A stretch of 64,000 bases of DNA from Scyliorhinus canicula (lineage: Eukaryota). Location: NCBI RefSeq assembly GCF_902713615.1, contig NC_052175.1, positions 9,341,271 to 9,405,270 of the forward strand, given 5' to 3'. A program made the position numbers and the translations under genes. The stretch's first letter is position 1, and every line of letters starts with the position of its first letter. The notes beneath the pieces were generated by a model. That model saw nothing but the letters and a program-made list of their open reading frames with translations, searched no databases and had not been told where the DNA came from. This document shows positions 35,371-48,600 of the stretch, piece after piece.

Positions 35371-37350
35371 GAATCTTGTAATTGTGAGTAATGTGGGTTA
35401 TTTAATAGTATTTAAATAACAGGCAACGGAGATCAATGAGTGTACATTCTCACTTTCATTAATTAATCACCACTGTGAGTGAAGCTAATTGTACAGCAGC
35501 CTACACGTTTAGTTTAATAACACACCCCCCCCCTCTCTCGCCGAGTGGTAAAACCTTCTCTCTGCAGTTGAACACTGAGTTTCAATGTTTGAACACTGCA
35601 GCCTCCTCGCTACGTGTAGTCTCAACTGCAAAAACCACTCGGAGATTTTGGCTCGAATACCATGTTCTACTTCAAGCAGAAAGTGATGACAATCTGGGCC
35701 TGCGGTTTCCGCCTCTCAATGCTCTTTGCACAGCTCGGAATTAACCCTGAACGAGGCATTTTTCACACAGAGAGAACAGCCGCGGTCACAGGCAAAGGAC
35801 CTCTGCTGCCAAGGCACCGCTCTCAACTGAAAGCTCTACTTACTCATATTTTCAGCTTTCAAGGTCATACACTTCTGAAGAACTGTTCAGACAGTCAATG
35901 AGACACAACCTTGTCTGCTCCTTTCATGAACAATTCACGACCAGTCTCTTCACTTTGAGATGCTGTAAGACCCTCTTGTCCCCAGCTTACATTCCTCATT
36001 ATTCCCCTGAAGATTGTGACATGGGTTCCTGAGGGACCTTTGAAAGAATTTACAGTCCGGATTTTCCTGCTTTATTAATATTTGGCTCACGTTTCCAACA
36101 GGGTAATCCCATAAAATATTTTCCTAGTGGCAGTTTTTGTCTCTCTTCGTTTTCTCCATTTTAACTTTTTCCTAGAACCTCCCCGATTTTTATCACTTTT
36201 AAATATTAATTACAACAATGCTATAAGCACTGACTTCCTGGGATCGCACTGTGTAATATCTACACACCTCTAATGCAGCAAACTCTTCTGAAGCGGATGG
36301 CAAGGACAGAGGTTATGTTACATACCACACGCTTAAATTGTCCTCCTAACCGCACACCACCCTGCCTTGGGGAATTTATCCTGTACATTTACTGCCCCTG
36401 GATTAGTGTCCGGGGACAACTCGCCTAAATGAGCTGCTGGTTTATCAAAACATCACAACAGACGCTGCAGCGGTCAGGAAGGCATGTCCTGATCACCTCC
36501 TCAGTAATGGCAATACATGCTGCCCTGGCCGGAGATGCTCATATCCCGTGATCGAATGAATGTGCAATAGCAGACTATTGATTTCATTGAAAGACACATG
36601 GAGGCGCCTGGTACAATTTTCACCCAATACCCCTCACTTTGTCTTCCTTGTCAAGGGGTTTCCATTGAAAGACCCATATATTAAAGGGAGTGCCTTGTTT
36701 CAGAGTTTTATCGGGGGGGTGGGGGGGGGGGTACAGTAATAAGATCCGGGTGCAATTCCGGCCTTGGGTGTCTGTCCATGTTGACAAATAAAAATAAACC
36801 CAATTCAAAATGTATCTTTGAGACACAACTTGGAAATACTGTGAAGTGTGAAGAGGAGATACATATTCTTCAAGAGGACAGTGACAGTTTGATGGAACGG
36901 ACAGAAAAGTGGCAGGGGCATATTACCGACAGACAAGTCTGAAGTCATTCAATTTGCTGGGAAAAACACAGGAAAATCCCATCTAAATGACGGATTCAAT
37001 TCCAAAAGTAGGTCATAGAAATAATTACCTGATTGCTGAAGGACAATCATCATAGGAGGTGGTAGAGCTGGTTCAGGCAGTGCTGAATAAAGGATGGTAA
37101 CTTGGCTGGCATTTATTTTCCGTCCGGAAGAGACACAAAAAATCTGAAGAGAGATGGACAGACGTCGGCAGCACGCTTGAGGGACAGAGAGACAAGAATG
37201 GAAAGGAAGAGAAAAGTCTCTCTTTTTCACCATCTATATCTCCCTCCACGAGCTCTCTATCGTTCTCCTCGCCCTCTCGTCTCCCTTCACCACCACACAA
37301 AAACTCTCTCTCACTCTCTCTATCTATCTATCTCTCATCCCAACAGTTGA

Positions 37351-37388
<38 letters not shown>

Positions 37389-38455
37389 CACACTCAAGAA
37401 TTCAACATTCACAAACACAGCAAACTGAATTGAAATGTGGTTTGTATTTCTGTGAATGTGTTCTGTGAATTGTATTTCACCCTCACATTTAACTGTCAGC
37501 CAAAAGCACATGACTTATTCCACAATTACACCTATTTCAATTTAAAAGACTTTAATCCCAGGCCATCGAGATTACTTTACAGTCAATTGATTCATTTTTA
37601 AAGTGACCCACTGTTGTTAATTTAGGGAATGCTACAGGCAAACTGTGCACAAGGAGATCCCAAAAATGGTGACACTTTCAAAATTGATTTCCGAGTTTCT
37701 GATGGTAGATTTCGCTCATTCTGATTCTATACCATTGATGTGCTGTACAAACTGATCGCAGGCATATTGAGTACACAGTAATATCCAACATGAACAAAGA
37801 ACAAAGAAAAGTGCAGCACAGGAACAGGCCCTTCGGCCCTCTAAGCCCGTGCCAACAATGCTGCTCAACTAAACTACAATCATCTACACCTCTTGGGTCC
37901 GTATCCCTCTATTCCCATCCTATTCATGTATTTGTCAAGATGCCCCTTAAGTGTCACTATCGTCCCTGCTTCGACTACCTCCTCCAGCAGCGCGTGTAAA
38001 TTTAGTGTATCTTCCCAAACAGCCAATCAGGTCACAACTTTACTGTTATGTCACTTCAGTCCCCCACCCCCACCCGCACCAGACACACACAATTTGAAAA
38101 GGTAATAAAAATAAATAAAAATCACTTACATTTCCAGGTTCTTAGATGCTCTCTTGTCTCTCTCTGCAGATGAAAAGTTACAGGCCAGAAGAAAGAGAGA
38201 GAACAAAACAGTAGGGAAAAAGCATCTTCTCCCACGCTACACCGAATTACCTCACTGCACCAAATTACATATTACCAAATTCCCACTCTGGATGTGTCTC
38301 ACTCCGACTGTGCCTCCTTCACTTGCGCAAGGCTTCACAAGCAACAATGTGATCATGGCTGAATATCACCTCAGTCCCCTGCATCAACTGCTTGATTCCC
38401 AATCATTCAGGAATAAAACTTTAAAATTCGAGATCCCCAAACCAGCTTTGCAGTC

Positions 38456-39386
38456 ATAGAACATAGAACAGTACAGCACAGAACAGGCCCTTCGGCCCTC
38501 AATGTTGTGCCGAGCCATGATCACCCTACTCAAACCCACGTATCCACCCTATACCCGTAACCAACAACCTCCCCCTTAACCTTACTTTTATTAGGACACT
38601 ACGGGCAATTTATCATGGCCAATCCACCTAACCCGCACATCTTTGGACTGTGGGAGGAAACCGGAGCACCCAGAGGAAACCCACGCACACACGGGGAGGA
38701 CGTGCAGACTCCGCACAGACAGTGACCCAAGCCAGGATCGAACCTGGTACCCTGCAGCCTGGTACCCTGCACCAACCACGGTAGCATGGTGGTTAGCATC
38801 AATGCTTCACAGCTCCAGGGTCCCAGGTTCGATTCCCGGCTGGGTCACTATCTGTGTGGAGTCGGCACGTCCTCCCCGTGTGTGCGTGGGTTTCCTCCGG
38901 GTGCTCTGGTTTCCTCCCACAGTCCAAAGATGTGCGGGTTAGGTGGATTGGCCATGCTAAATTGCCCGTAGTGTCAGGTTAATGGGTGGATTGTTGGGTT
39001 ATGGGTATACGGGTTACGTGGGTTTAAGTGGGGTGATCATTGCTCGGCACAACATTGAGGGCCGAAGGGCCTGTTCTGTGCTGTCCTGTTCTATGTTGTG
39101 CCGAGTAATGATCATCCTACTCAAACCCACGTATCCACCCTATACCCGTAACCCAACAACCTCCCCCTTAACCTTACTTTTTAGGACACTACGGGCAGTT
39201 TAGCATGGCCAATCCACCTAACCCGCACATCTTTGGACTGTGGGAGGAAACCGGAGCACCCGGAGGAAACCCATGCACACACGGGGAGGACGTGCAGATT
39301 CCGCACAGACAGTGACCCAGCCGGGAACCGAACATGGGACCCTGGAGCTGTGAAGCATTTATGCTAACCACCATGCTACCGTGCAG
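38456..39386. mobile_element. Three abutting V-SINEs (minus, plus, minus)
   Basis: About 38456-38770 minus, 38776-39097 plus and 39098-39386 minus. Confidence 0.9.
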
Positions 39387-40634
39387 CCTTTCATTTTTCT
39401 ATGAAAAATAAATTCAGAGTACCAAAATCTCATTTTCCAATAAAGGGGCATTTGTGCGTGGCCAATCCACTTACCCTGAATATCTTTTGGTTGTGGGCAT
39501 GAAAACTCCACATGGACAGTGACCCGGGACCGGCGTTGAAGCTGCAACATCGGTGACGTGAAGCAATGTGAATCTAATCAGATGGAACACAGCCATTCGT
39601 CTCCCTGTCAATCTGACGGCTGCAACTAACCCGGGAGGCACCATCACTCTGTGTGTGGATTGGTTCAATGTGGAGAATTCCCTCAGTCCACTGAAAGAGG
39701 TAAACTGCTTCTCAAAACTGTAACCTTTTTAAAACCAAATCCATTGGTACACATAAAGAACCCATAGGGTGCAGTCAGCAGGGTTGAGTGTCTTTTATTT
39801 TAGACATCAAGTTATACAGAGAGAGTGACGAGGCAGTAGAGGGGCTGAGACAGTGTAATCCATTCCCATTCCCCCACCACTTTCCACACCCGGGATGCGC
39901 ACAATTAAAATAGCCCCTTTAATTTTAGATTCAATTCGAATCGGATCACAAACGTACACGGTGGCACAAAAGCACAAGGCCGCTGTCTCAGTGACCTCTG
40001 GGCACCAACCAGCTCAGGAGGGCGGCCATTACATACTCCCCTCCGCCGTCCCCACCATCTTCCAGAGCACTTGCTCCATGGATTCGGTGAGCTTTGACGC
40101 TCCATTCCCGCCGGCAATACAGACTTTTTGAGATTCTGCCTTCACTTGTTTTATATAAATGTAGAGTACCCAATTCAGTTTTTCAAATTAAGGGGCAATT
40201 TAGCCTTTCCAATCCACCTACCCTGCACATCATTGGGTAATGGGGGATCAGATCCACGCAGACACAGGGAGAATGTGCAAACTCCACCACTCGGACATAC
40301 CCAGGGCCGGGATGGAACCCAGGTCCTCAGTGCCGTGAGATGGCGATCCCCGGCGGGAGCTCCTCCACGTGCAGGTCCTCTGCTATGAGCGGCAATTGAA
40401 GTCATTTAGTATATTTTTTAATGCTCTTAGCCTCCTTTTGTGATGGTCTTTGTACGACACTGCACTTCAAAGCCATCACTATCAACAAAGCAAATAACAT
40501 CACACGGTACCGGGGCGGTTGCTAACAAGAAAAGAAATGTTCAGCGACTGAACGGAATCTTATAAATACGAAAACTCACCCCCCCCCCCTTTGACTGCAT
40601 CAATAGCTTTGAAGAAATTCCAAGTCAAAGTGAG

Positions 40635-41115
40635 ATGGAAGGTTTGCAAACTCCAATGAAATTTCGTACTTCCGGTAAAGTAGATGTTAATTGGCGCAAT
40701 TTCAAGCAGCAGTTTGAATGGTATATATCTGTCCTTGACCCAGAAGCGGCCAGCGATCAGCGACAAGGAACGCTCTTCTAACAGTGGCTGGACAGCAAGC
40801 CCTACAAATATTCAACTCGATCCGGATTGGAGGAGGAAACAAATAAGAAAAAATACAGTAAAGTAATTGAAAATCCCATAAGCACTGTCAATTGCAGCAA
40901 AAGCAAACATTTGGACGGAATGTGTTCAAGCAATAGTATAAAAAGCAGGCGAAACGCTTGACTGCTTCATCAACGATCTGAGACTTAAAGCACAGACATG
41001 TAACTTTCCCATTCTCCTGGACTCGCTTCCCTTCGATCAGATAGTCCATGCAATAAAAAGCGATAAACTGTAGGGAAGATTTTGAGACAGTCTGATCTGA
41101 CGTTAGAAGGCGCAA
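40635..41115 (+). mobile_element. Decayed Gypsy-type gag remnant
   Basis: MEGLQTP...SGKVDVNWRNFKQQFEWY...ASDQ and GETLDCFINDLRLKAQTCNF...DQIV...L..LTLEGAI, with stops and frameshifts. Confidence 0.7.
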
Positions 41116-41591
41116 TCTCCCGCCTCAGAACCTCAGGCCATGACACCGAATGGCTATTCCAAACTCAAGTTGCCTGAAGTAAATCTGGAGATTTACGGAA
41201 TAGATTTAAACAGTGATCACTCTATAGATGATGAGGGAGCACCACGTATACAGATCCCTGCTTGGGGAAAATTGAAAATAATTGCAGCACTCATGAAGCA
41301 TTCTGACCAACCACCCGATGTGGACCACTTCTTCGGTGTCATTCAACCTCCTGACCTTAACACCATCTATGACAAAATCAAGGCACGTTACCTGAAGTGC
41401 ACTAGATCTGCAGTGTGACATTCGCAACCAGTAGCAATTAGCAGGAGGAATGTACTCTATGGTTTTTGAAATTATGATCTGCCTCTATAAGAGTAGCATT
41501 TTAAGTACTGTAAAATGTGAACCTGTCTTCTGCTCTGTCCCTTATTCGCTTTGGTATCGTGGCTTTGCAAATATCACATTTATTGTTATCA

Positions 41592-41916
41592 TAGAATTTA
41601 CAGTGCAGAAGGAGGCCATTCGGCCCATCGAGTCTGCACCGGCTCTTGGAAAGAGCACCCTACCCAAGTTCAACACCTCCACCCTATCCCAATAACCCAG
41701 TAACCCCACCCAACACTAAGGGCAATTTATCATGGCCAATCCACCTAACCTGCACATCTTTGGACTGTGGGAGGAAACCGGAGCACCCGGAGGAAACCCA
41801 CGCATACACGGGGAGGATGTGCAGACTCCACACAGACAGTGACCCAAGCCAGAATCGAACCTGGGACCCTGGAGCTGTGAAGCCATTGTGCTATCCACAA
41901 TGCTACCGTGCTGCCC
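41592..41916 (-). mobile_element. V-SINE (further copies at about 40140-40345 minus, 44422-44632 plus, 45060-45260 plus)
   Basis: Family match. Confidence 0.85.
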
Positions 41917-43014
41917 AAGTAAATGAAAGTCCCGAAGCGAGAATCATACCCCTAGACCAACGAGCCGACCCTGTTCTAAGTATGTTTGTGTAATTATACG
42001 TAGCAGACACAGACTTTAAATGAAAGATTGGTCAGGTGTGCCTCAGGAACCTTCATTCGGTACGCATTTGATTTTAGGATTTTTACCTCGTCGGGTTGGG
42101 GATATGTTCGTCGGATCTATTTATTGGAGATAAGTTTTGCATGCCTTTCACTTTGGGCTTAGATTCAAATGCTGAGCGGTCTGCTGGAAGAAACGTTTTC
42201 TGTCTGCCTGTTGAAAGGGGTCTCTGTGTGTTGACGTTAACACGTCTCTATTAGTTCCAAGTTGGCGCAGAAAGGGAGGAAAATGGTTAATAACACCAAA
42301 AGATGACCGAACTAATTGTCAAGCTCTCATGTTAGCTTCTGTGGAAAGTAGTGTGGGAGGGCATGTGGATATAGTAGGCTTCAGTTAATGGGTAATTTCC
42401 CAAGAACTGATACCTAACCATCATGCAGGAAGCTGGTTTGAGCATTACTGTGTATCTGACTGTAAAACTGATTAGCATGTCTGGAATGAGCTCGACTCCG
42501 GTCCCCTGCCTTACATACATGTAATTTAACATGAAACCCAGCATTTACACTGAAACAAACACCTTATACTCTGTGTTTCGTGTCTTGAATTTATATAGGG
42601 ACATCGTCTCTTGCCAAATGCAGCAGGGGCATTAAATGTTATTGATTTATTTCTGAAAGCTTTTAATGACACATTTTGACAAATGGATTGTGTTCTGGGC
42701 TTTAGAAATCTCCAAAGTATATTATGAACTTTATCTGACCTGCAACTGTTTTTTTGATTTTGGCTAGGACGAGGAAAAAGAGCCAAGTGTTACTCAACAG
42801 CCTTATTGATTCTCTCCATTCCCCTGAGGATGGTTTAGCACACTGGGCTATATAGCTGTCTTTTAAATCAGACCAACGCAGGCCATGAGCACAGTTCAAT
42901 TCCGGTACAGCCTCCCGAACTGTCGCCGGAATGTGGGGACAACAGGCTTTTTACAGTCACTTCATTTGAAGCCCAGTTGTGACAATAAGCGATTTTTGTT
43001 CACTTCTTTGCCCT

Positions 43015-43500
43015 TAAGATTGCCCTGCATGGCCGCCATCTCTTTCTCCAGCCCCACGATCCGATCACTCTTGTTAGTTGCGGCATTTTCCATGTCTTTG
43101 ATGGTCGCCTTTTGGGCTTCCTGTCTCTTCTCCGCTCTGCTCAGGGTGAGCTGTTTTTGGGCTCCCTTCACCGCAGCCTCAGTGTTCCCTTTTTGCTCCT
43201 CCTTAATCTCCTGTTGGTCCTTCCTCAGTGCCTCAGTGAAGGATGCCTTCCAGCCCCCTACCGCCCAAGGCACTCACCCCTCCCTGAGCTGGGGGAGCTT
43301 GTCCGTGTCAGCTTTGCTCCTTTTGCTTCGGCGAAACTTGCGTTCTGCCGCTTCATCCGCTGCTTGGCTCGTCCGAGTGTGATCGTTCCTGAACCCCTTC
43401 CACTCCTGGTGTCTGCTCGGAACTTAGTTTGGCTTTTTCCTGGCATTTTGTCGTATATTTCCCCTCTCTTTCTTCCTTCCTGTGACTTACTAAGGTTCGG
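43015..43500 (-). mobile_element. L1-type ORF1 N-terminal (coiled-coil) fragment
   Basis: Basic N-terminus followed by heptad-rich EEQKGNTEAAVKGAQKQL...IKDMENAATNKSDRIVGLEKEM. Cut by a SINE at about 43000. Confidence 0.5.
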
Positions 43501-45789
43501 AATGAGTTACTGCCTCTATTAGCGAGTTATCCTTGACAAGTGACAATTTTTCGTCTCCAAGGGAGGAAAGCCACGTGACGTGCGACTGCTCAGCACATTG
43601 CCGTAACATGAAGTCGTCTACAACAGACGTCTTAGGCGCTTTTAATCAAATAACAAGCTTTATTCTAGAAATTTAGTTAACATTTCTATAAACACATACA
43701 GTAAGAATTTGTACCAACTACAAACACAAAGAACACCCACAGCTGCAGAAATCTACGTATAATTCTTAATCAATTCCCCTTAACCGCTCCAAGACAAAAT
43801 CATGTCCAAGTTAAATCACAAACCAGTTTTCAATGGTGTGAACCAGCACTGGTATAAGAATGGTTGTTGATTGTTCCCCTTTTCAAACAGCAGGTTTGAG
43901 TTCCTTCCGAAAATCAATTGTCTCTTTTAAGTTCCAAGTAGTCTGAAAAGAGTGTTAAAATTGAGAAAGAGAGACACATATTTCAACCTGTGCAGTTGAA
44001 AACCAAATCCAAACTCAAAGCGAAAGTCAAAACTCACAGAGCCACAGCCCACCTCCACCCAAACAATGACATCGCAGACGCCATGTGATGAGACAAAACA
44101 ACATTTCTGAAAGGAACACTCCCATAACAACTGGCTAAGTGTCAGAAATATGTTCAATCGCTTGTAAGGCCTGATGACACTGTGAGGCCGATCAGGAGCA
44201 CCAATCTCCGACTAAGAGCCTTCACTCCCCTTTCCTCTCTCAATTAATCTATCCACTATTTTACTCCATCAGGTAGAAAGGTGGTGACACAGAGGGAGGA
44301 ATGCGAGGATTTTACTGTCAATTTTCCTCATCTCTGCTAAGTTAACTGATATCCGTTTTACATTAGGTGTCAACGTTAGCTTAACTGACCCTTGACTCTG
44401 GCCTTGAAATTCAGCCTGAACGGCAGCGTGGTGGCGCCGTGGGTAGCACTGCTGTCTCACGGCACTGAGGTCCCAGGTTGGATCCCTGTTCTGGGTCACT
44501 GTCCGTGTGGAGTTTGCACGTTCTCCCCGTGTTTGCGTTGGTTTCGCCCAAACAACACAAATATGTGCAAGGTAGGTGGGTTGGCCCTTAATTGGAAAAA
44601 AATTGGGTTTTCTAAATTTATTAAATACATGTAATTCAGCCTGACATTTCTAGTTTCATCAGCCTGTGGATTATGTACATGAGGAGGTTTTGATGACCCT
44701 GAAAGGTTACATTTTCAGAATACTGACCGACAAACATCCTGTCACGACCCGCGGCAGAGATGTTTGTGCAGGATCATCACCTGGTCAGCGCCCATGGAAT
44801 TCGACCCCGACAATTGTTGTATTGAAGAGGGAATTGGCAGCACAAATGCTCCTTGTGTGTTACTTAATTTTGCTGAGAGCTCTGTGTAGAGCAAGCGAAC
44901 TTGTCAGTAACCAGCATGGGGAAATGGACACAACCAATCCTGCCCACAGCAACCGTTCCACAAATTCAGCTGATGGACTGCTTGTGGATCGCTTCCATCT
45001 CCCCTTGACTCCAGTCCCCCAACCCATTTTCGACGTAAAGCCGCCATGCAATAGAAAACATGGTGGTAGTGCATCGTTAATTATAACGGTCAGACGCACT
45101 GCTGTCTCACGGCGCCCAGGTTCTATTCCAGCTCTGGGTCACTGTCCTTGTGGAGTTTGCAAATTTTCCCTGTATCTGTGTGAGTGTCTCCCCACAACCC
45201 AAAGATGTGTAGGGCAGGTGGATTGTCCCTTAATTCGAAAAAAATGAATTGGGTACTTTCATATTATTATTTATTTAATTATAAAAGCCATACAGGAACT
45301 TTTGAGAGAGTTTTCGATCAAAACTGAATCCTCAGATGAGGACCACAATAGCAAATAGATCTTGACAGATTCTTAAAAGCAGTAGAGAAAGCAGGAGATG
45401 TGGTATTCGAAGACGTACAGATAGGGGGTGAACGGGAAAGAACTGGAGTGGGAGGGTGGCAGAGAAAGAGAGAAAGGAGAGAAAAGGAGAGAGAGAGAGA
45501 GAGAGAGGGATGGAGGTATAAAGAGAGGGAGAGGGGAGAAATTAAGAGAGAGAGGAAGGGAGAGGTATCTGCTGGGTGGAAGTTTCATTGTTAATATTGA
45601 ATGACGAAACAGCAGGAATCCTGGAATAAGTAACCAGGACACATTTTCTTTCACTTTACAGAGTTTGTGACAGTACATTTCTCCCATCTCTCTCTCTGTA
45701 TCTCCACCTTTCTTCCTGATGGACTAAATTAGTGGCGGGATTAATTGTGAGAGGAAAGGTGAGTAAGGGCTCTTAGACGGCGGTTGCTT

Positions 45790-45945
45790 CTACTGATTGG
45801 CACCACAGTGTCATCAGTCCTGACAAGCGACTTCCAACGGACTCAGGAGCCCTTATTGGCTGAGGGACCGTCGGTGAGCGGCGGAACTTCTTGATTGTCT
45901 GAGGGGCTGTCAATCAGCGGTTGGAGCTCCTGATTGGCTGAGTGG
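45790..45945. promoter_or_regulatory. CCAAT-box cluster, promoter-like
   Basis: ATTGG at 45796, 45855 and 45933, plus a gtcaatcag variant, in a GC- and CpG-richer unique patch. Confidence 0.4.
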
Positions 45946-46013
45946 CTGTCCGCCAGGTTTATTTCTTGATTAATTTAATCATTGATGCAAGCCGACATTT
46001 CACCGCGATCATG

Positions 46014-46343
46014 GGGAGCACGGTAGCATGGTGGACAGCAAAAATGCTTCACAGCTCCAGGGTCCCAGGTTCGGTTCCCGGCTGGGTCACTGTCTGTGCG
46101 GAGTCTGCACGTCCTCCCCGTGTGTGCGTGGGTTTCCTCCGGGTGCTCCGGTTTCCTCCCATAGTCCAAAGATGTGCGGGTTAGGTGGATTGGCCATGCT
46201 AAATTGCCCGTAGTGTCCTAAAATGTAAGGTTAAATGGGGGTTGTTGGGTTACGGGTTTAGGGTTGATACGTGGGTTTGAGTAGGGTGATCATTGCTCGG
46301 CACAACATGAAGGGCCTGTTCTGTGCTGTACTGTTCTATATGT
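46014..46343 (+). mobile_element. V-SINE
   Basis: Full-length family match with a ttctatatg tail. Confidence 0.85.
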
Positions 46344-46834
46344 CTGAAATATACCAGAGATTGTTATCCCTCCTCACTTACAATTATTGGGACTCACCCC
46401 GATTGGACCGTTGGCCGAACTGGGTTCCTGATGGAGTTCGACACCATGCCTGGAAATTTGGAATCGTCCATAATCAATGGAAAAGAACAAAACAGATGTA
46501 GCACTTTCCCAGTTCATAATTCTGCGACGAACAGAGCTTGCCCAGTCGCCACAATGCCAGGGCACACCCTTCCCAGCTTATGTCATTCGTCGGGCACCCT
46601 CTTCCAGGAATACTCCATCGTTATATTCCGATCATCCCCAGATCACAATATTCACAGGAATATTCTCTCCCAGTTTGGAAACATTCCCTGAATATTTTTT
46701 TTCTCAGCAATATACCGTCTCCCACTTTGGACATTCCTCAGGGTTAATTCGTCAGAAATAAACACCCGAGATTCGGACGTATTGCATTTGACTGAAAAAG
46801 TGGGATATTGTAAAAATAAGATGGAAGATAAATT

Positions 46835-47030
46835 TCCCAGGCTAAAGTTGTTGGACATAATGTTGAGTCCTGCGGACTGTAACAACCTAATTGAAAGATT
46901 AGATTTTGCTACTCCAGCTTGCGTTGGGCTTCATTGGGTCCTTGCAGCGGGCCAAGGACGGGCCATGACGTGTGGTCATGAGAGCAAGGTGCTGAGTTAC
47001 AATGGCCGCAGCAGGAAGGCTGGGGTAATG
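46835..47030 (-). mobile_element. Penelope-like element, GIY-YIG C-terminal remnant
   Basis: QRKLE*QNLIFQLG / LQSAGLNIMSNNF resembles the RKLEEQHLIFRLGTLQP.GLN motif of PLE endonucleases. Confidence 0.55.
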
Positions 47031-47129
47031 TCTGTGGGCTGTGTGAAGGTGTTCCGCAAATCATTCACCCTGTCAGCGTTTTGTCTCCACAAAGTAAAGG
47101 ACACGGCATTAAGAGCCGCAAATACAAGA

Positions 47130-47835
47130 GAACAAATTGAAGGAAGCAGGAGTGAAACGCTGCTTCACCAAAAAGGAGAGTTTGCTGCCGAGAATCATGA
47201 GACGGGAGGAGGAGAAGGGGATAGTTATTGCACCATCTGCGATTGCAATGGAAGGTGTCGTGGGACGGGGAAAGTGTGTTTTGTGTGATGAAGGAGTGGG
47301 GAAGGGAGGTAAGCAGGAAGTGGGTAATTATAGGCCAGTGAGCTGAACGTCGGTCGCAGGGAAGATGCTGGAATCTATTATCAAGGAAGAATTAGCGAGG
47401 CATCTAGATGGAAATTGTCCCATTGGGCAGACGCAGCATAGGTTCATAAAGGGCAGGTCGTGCCTAACTAATTTAGTGCAATTCTTTTAAGACATTGCCA
47501 GTGCGGTAGATAACGGGCGGCCAAAGGATGTGGTTTCTCTGGATTTTCAGAAAGCTTTTGACAAGATGCCACGCAAAAGGTTGTTGCATGAGATAAAGAT
47601 GCATGGCATTAAGGGTAAAGTAGTTGCATGGATAGACGATTGGTTAATTAATAGGAAACAACGAATGGAGATTAATTTGTGTTTCTCTGGTTGGCAATCA
47701 GTACCTATTGGTGTCCCTCAGGGATCAGTGTTGGGCCTACAATTGCTCACAATTTACAAACATGATTTGGAGTCGGGGCCAAGTGCAATGTGTCGAGGTT
47801 TGCAGACGACACTAAGATGAGTCATAAAGTAAAAA
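47130..47835 (+). mobile_element. Older decayed CR1 ORF2 fragment (left half, interrupted by the younger CR1)
   Basis: NYRPVS, DFQKAFDK, GVPQGSVLG and a decayed FADDTKMS, with frameshifts. Confidence 0.85.
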
Positions 47836-48600
47836 GCACTTTTCCAGGAGACTCATCCGGAGTGAGACTCATACAGAGTGGAAGATTGAAACTTGGTAAT
47901 TTGGTGCAGTGAGGTAAATCAGCAAAGGTAAGTGGAAAATCTAATTCTGCTGTTTTTCAGTTAAAAGTGCAGTGTGGAGTATAAGTGTCTGATTGGTTGA
48001 AGCTGCCCCCACCCTAATTGGTGAAAGGCAGTTATCTGTCAATCACCTGAGGCCTCTTTAGGGGCACATTGTATTATTCTCTTTGAAGTTAAGGTTTTTT
48101 TTGAGTCATCGGTTAGCTGAGGTCTGCATAAAAGACAGACAGAGAGCGCACACAGTAAGCGAGCACTTTTCCAGGAGACTCATCCGGAGTGAGGCTCATA
48201 CAGAGTGGGAGATTGAAACTTGGTAATTTGGTGCAGTGAGGTAAATCAGCAAAGGTAAGTGGAAAATCTAATTCTGCTGTTTTTCAGTTAAAAGTGCAGT
48301 GTGGAGCTTAGTGTCTGATTGGTTGAAGCTGCCCCCACCCTAATTGCGGAGAGGCAGTTATCTGTCAATCACCTGAGGCCTGTTTAGTGGCACATTGTAT
48401 TATTCTCTTTGAAGTTAAGGTTTGTTTTGAGTCATCGGTTAGCTGAGGTCTGTATAAAAGACAGACAGAGAGCGCACACATTAAGCGAGCACTTTTCCAG
48501 GAAACTCATCCGGAGTGAGACTCATACAGAGTGGGAGATTGAAACTTGGTAATTTGGTGCAGTGAGGTAATTCGGTGCAGAGTGTAAGGAGGTGCTTTTT
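47836..48600 (+). repeat. Tandem monomers of about 327 bp forming the CR1 5' UTR (2 full and 1 partial)
   Basis: The unit start gcacttttccagg is at 47836, 48163 and 48489. Each full unit has an ATTGG (reverse CCAAT) box and ends with a (T/C)ATAAAA box. Confidence 0.9.

Noticed and set aside
38130-38290. Apparent exon with strong splice signals
   Set aside because: The reverse complement matches the CR1 5' UTR motif (gcagtgaggtaattcggtg) seen at about 48560, so it is a repeat fragment.
38591-39374. Recurrent 60-100 aa ORFs such as GHCLCGVCTSSPCVRGFPPGAPVSSHSPKMC
   Set aside because: They are translations of the V-SINE consensus, repeated at every copy.
43595-44140. Possible solo LTR (and a TGTCACGAC start at about 44740)
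   Set aside because: I could not pair the termini or find a TSD, so it is left unannotated.
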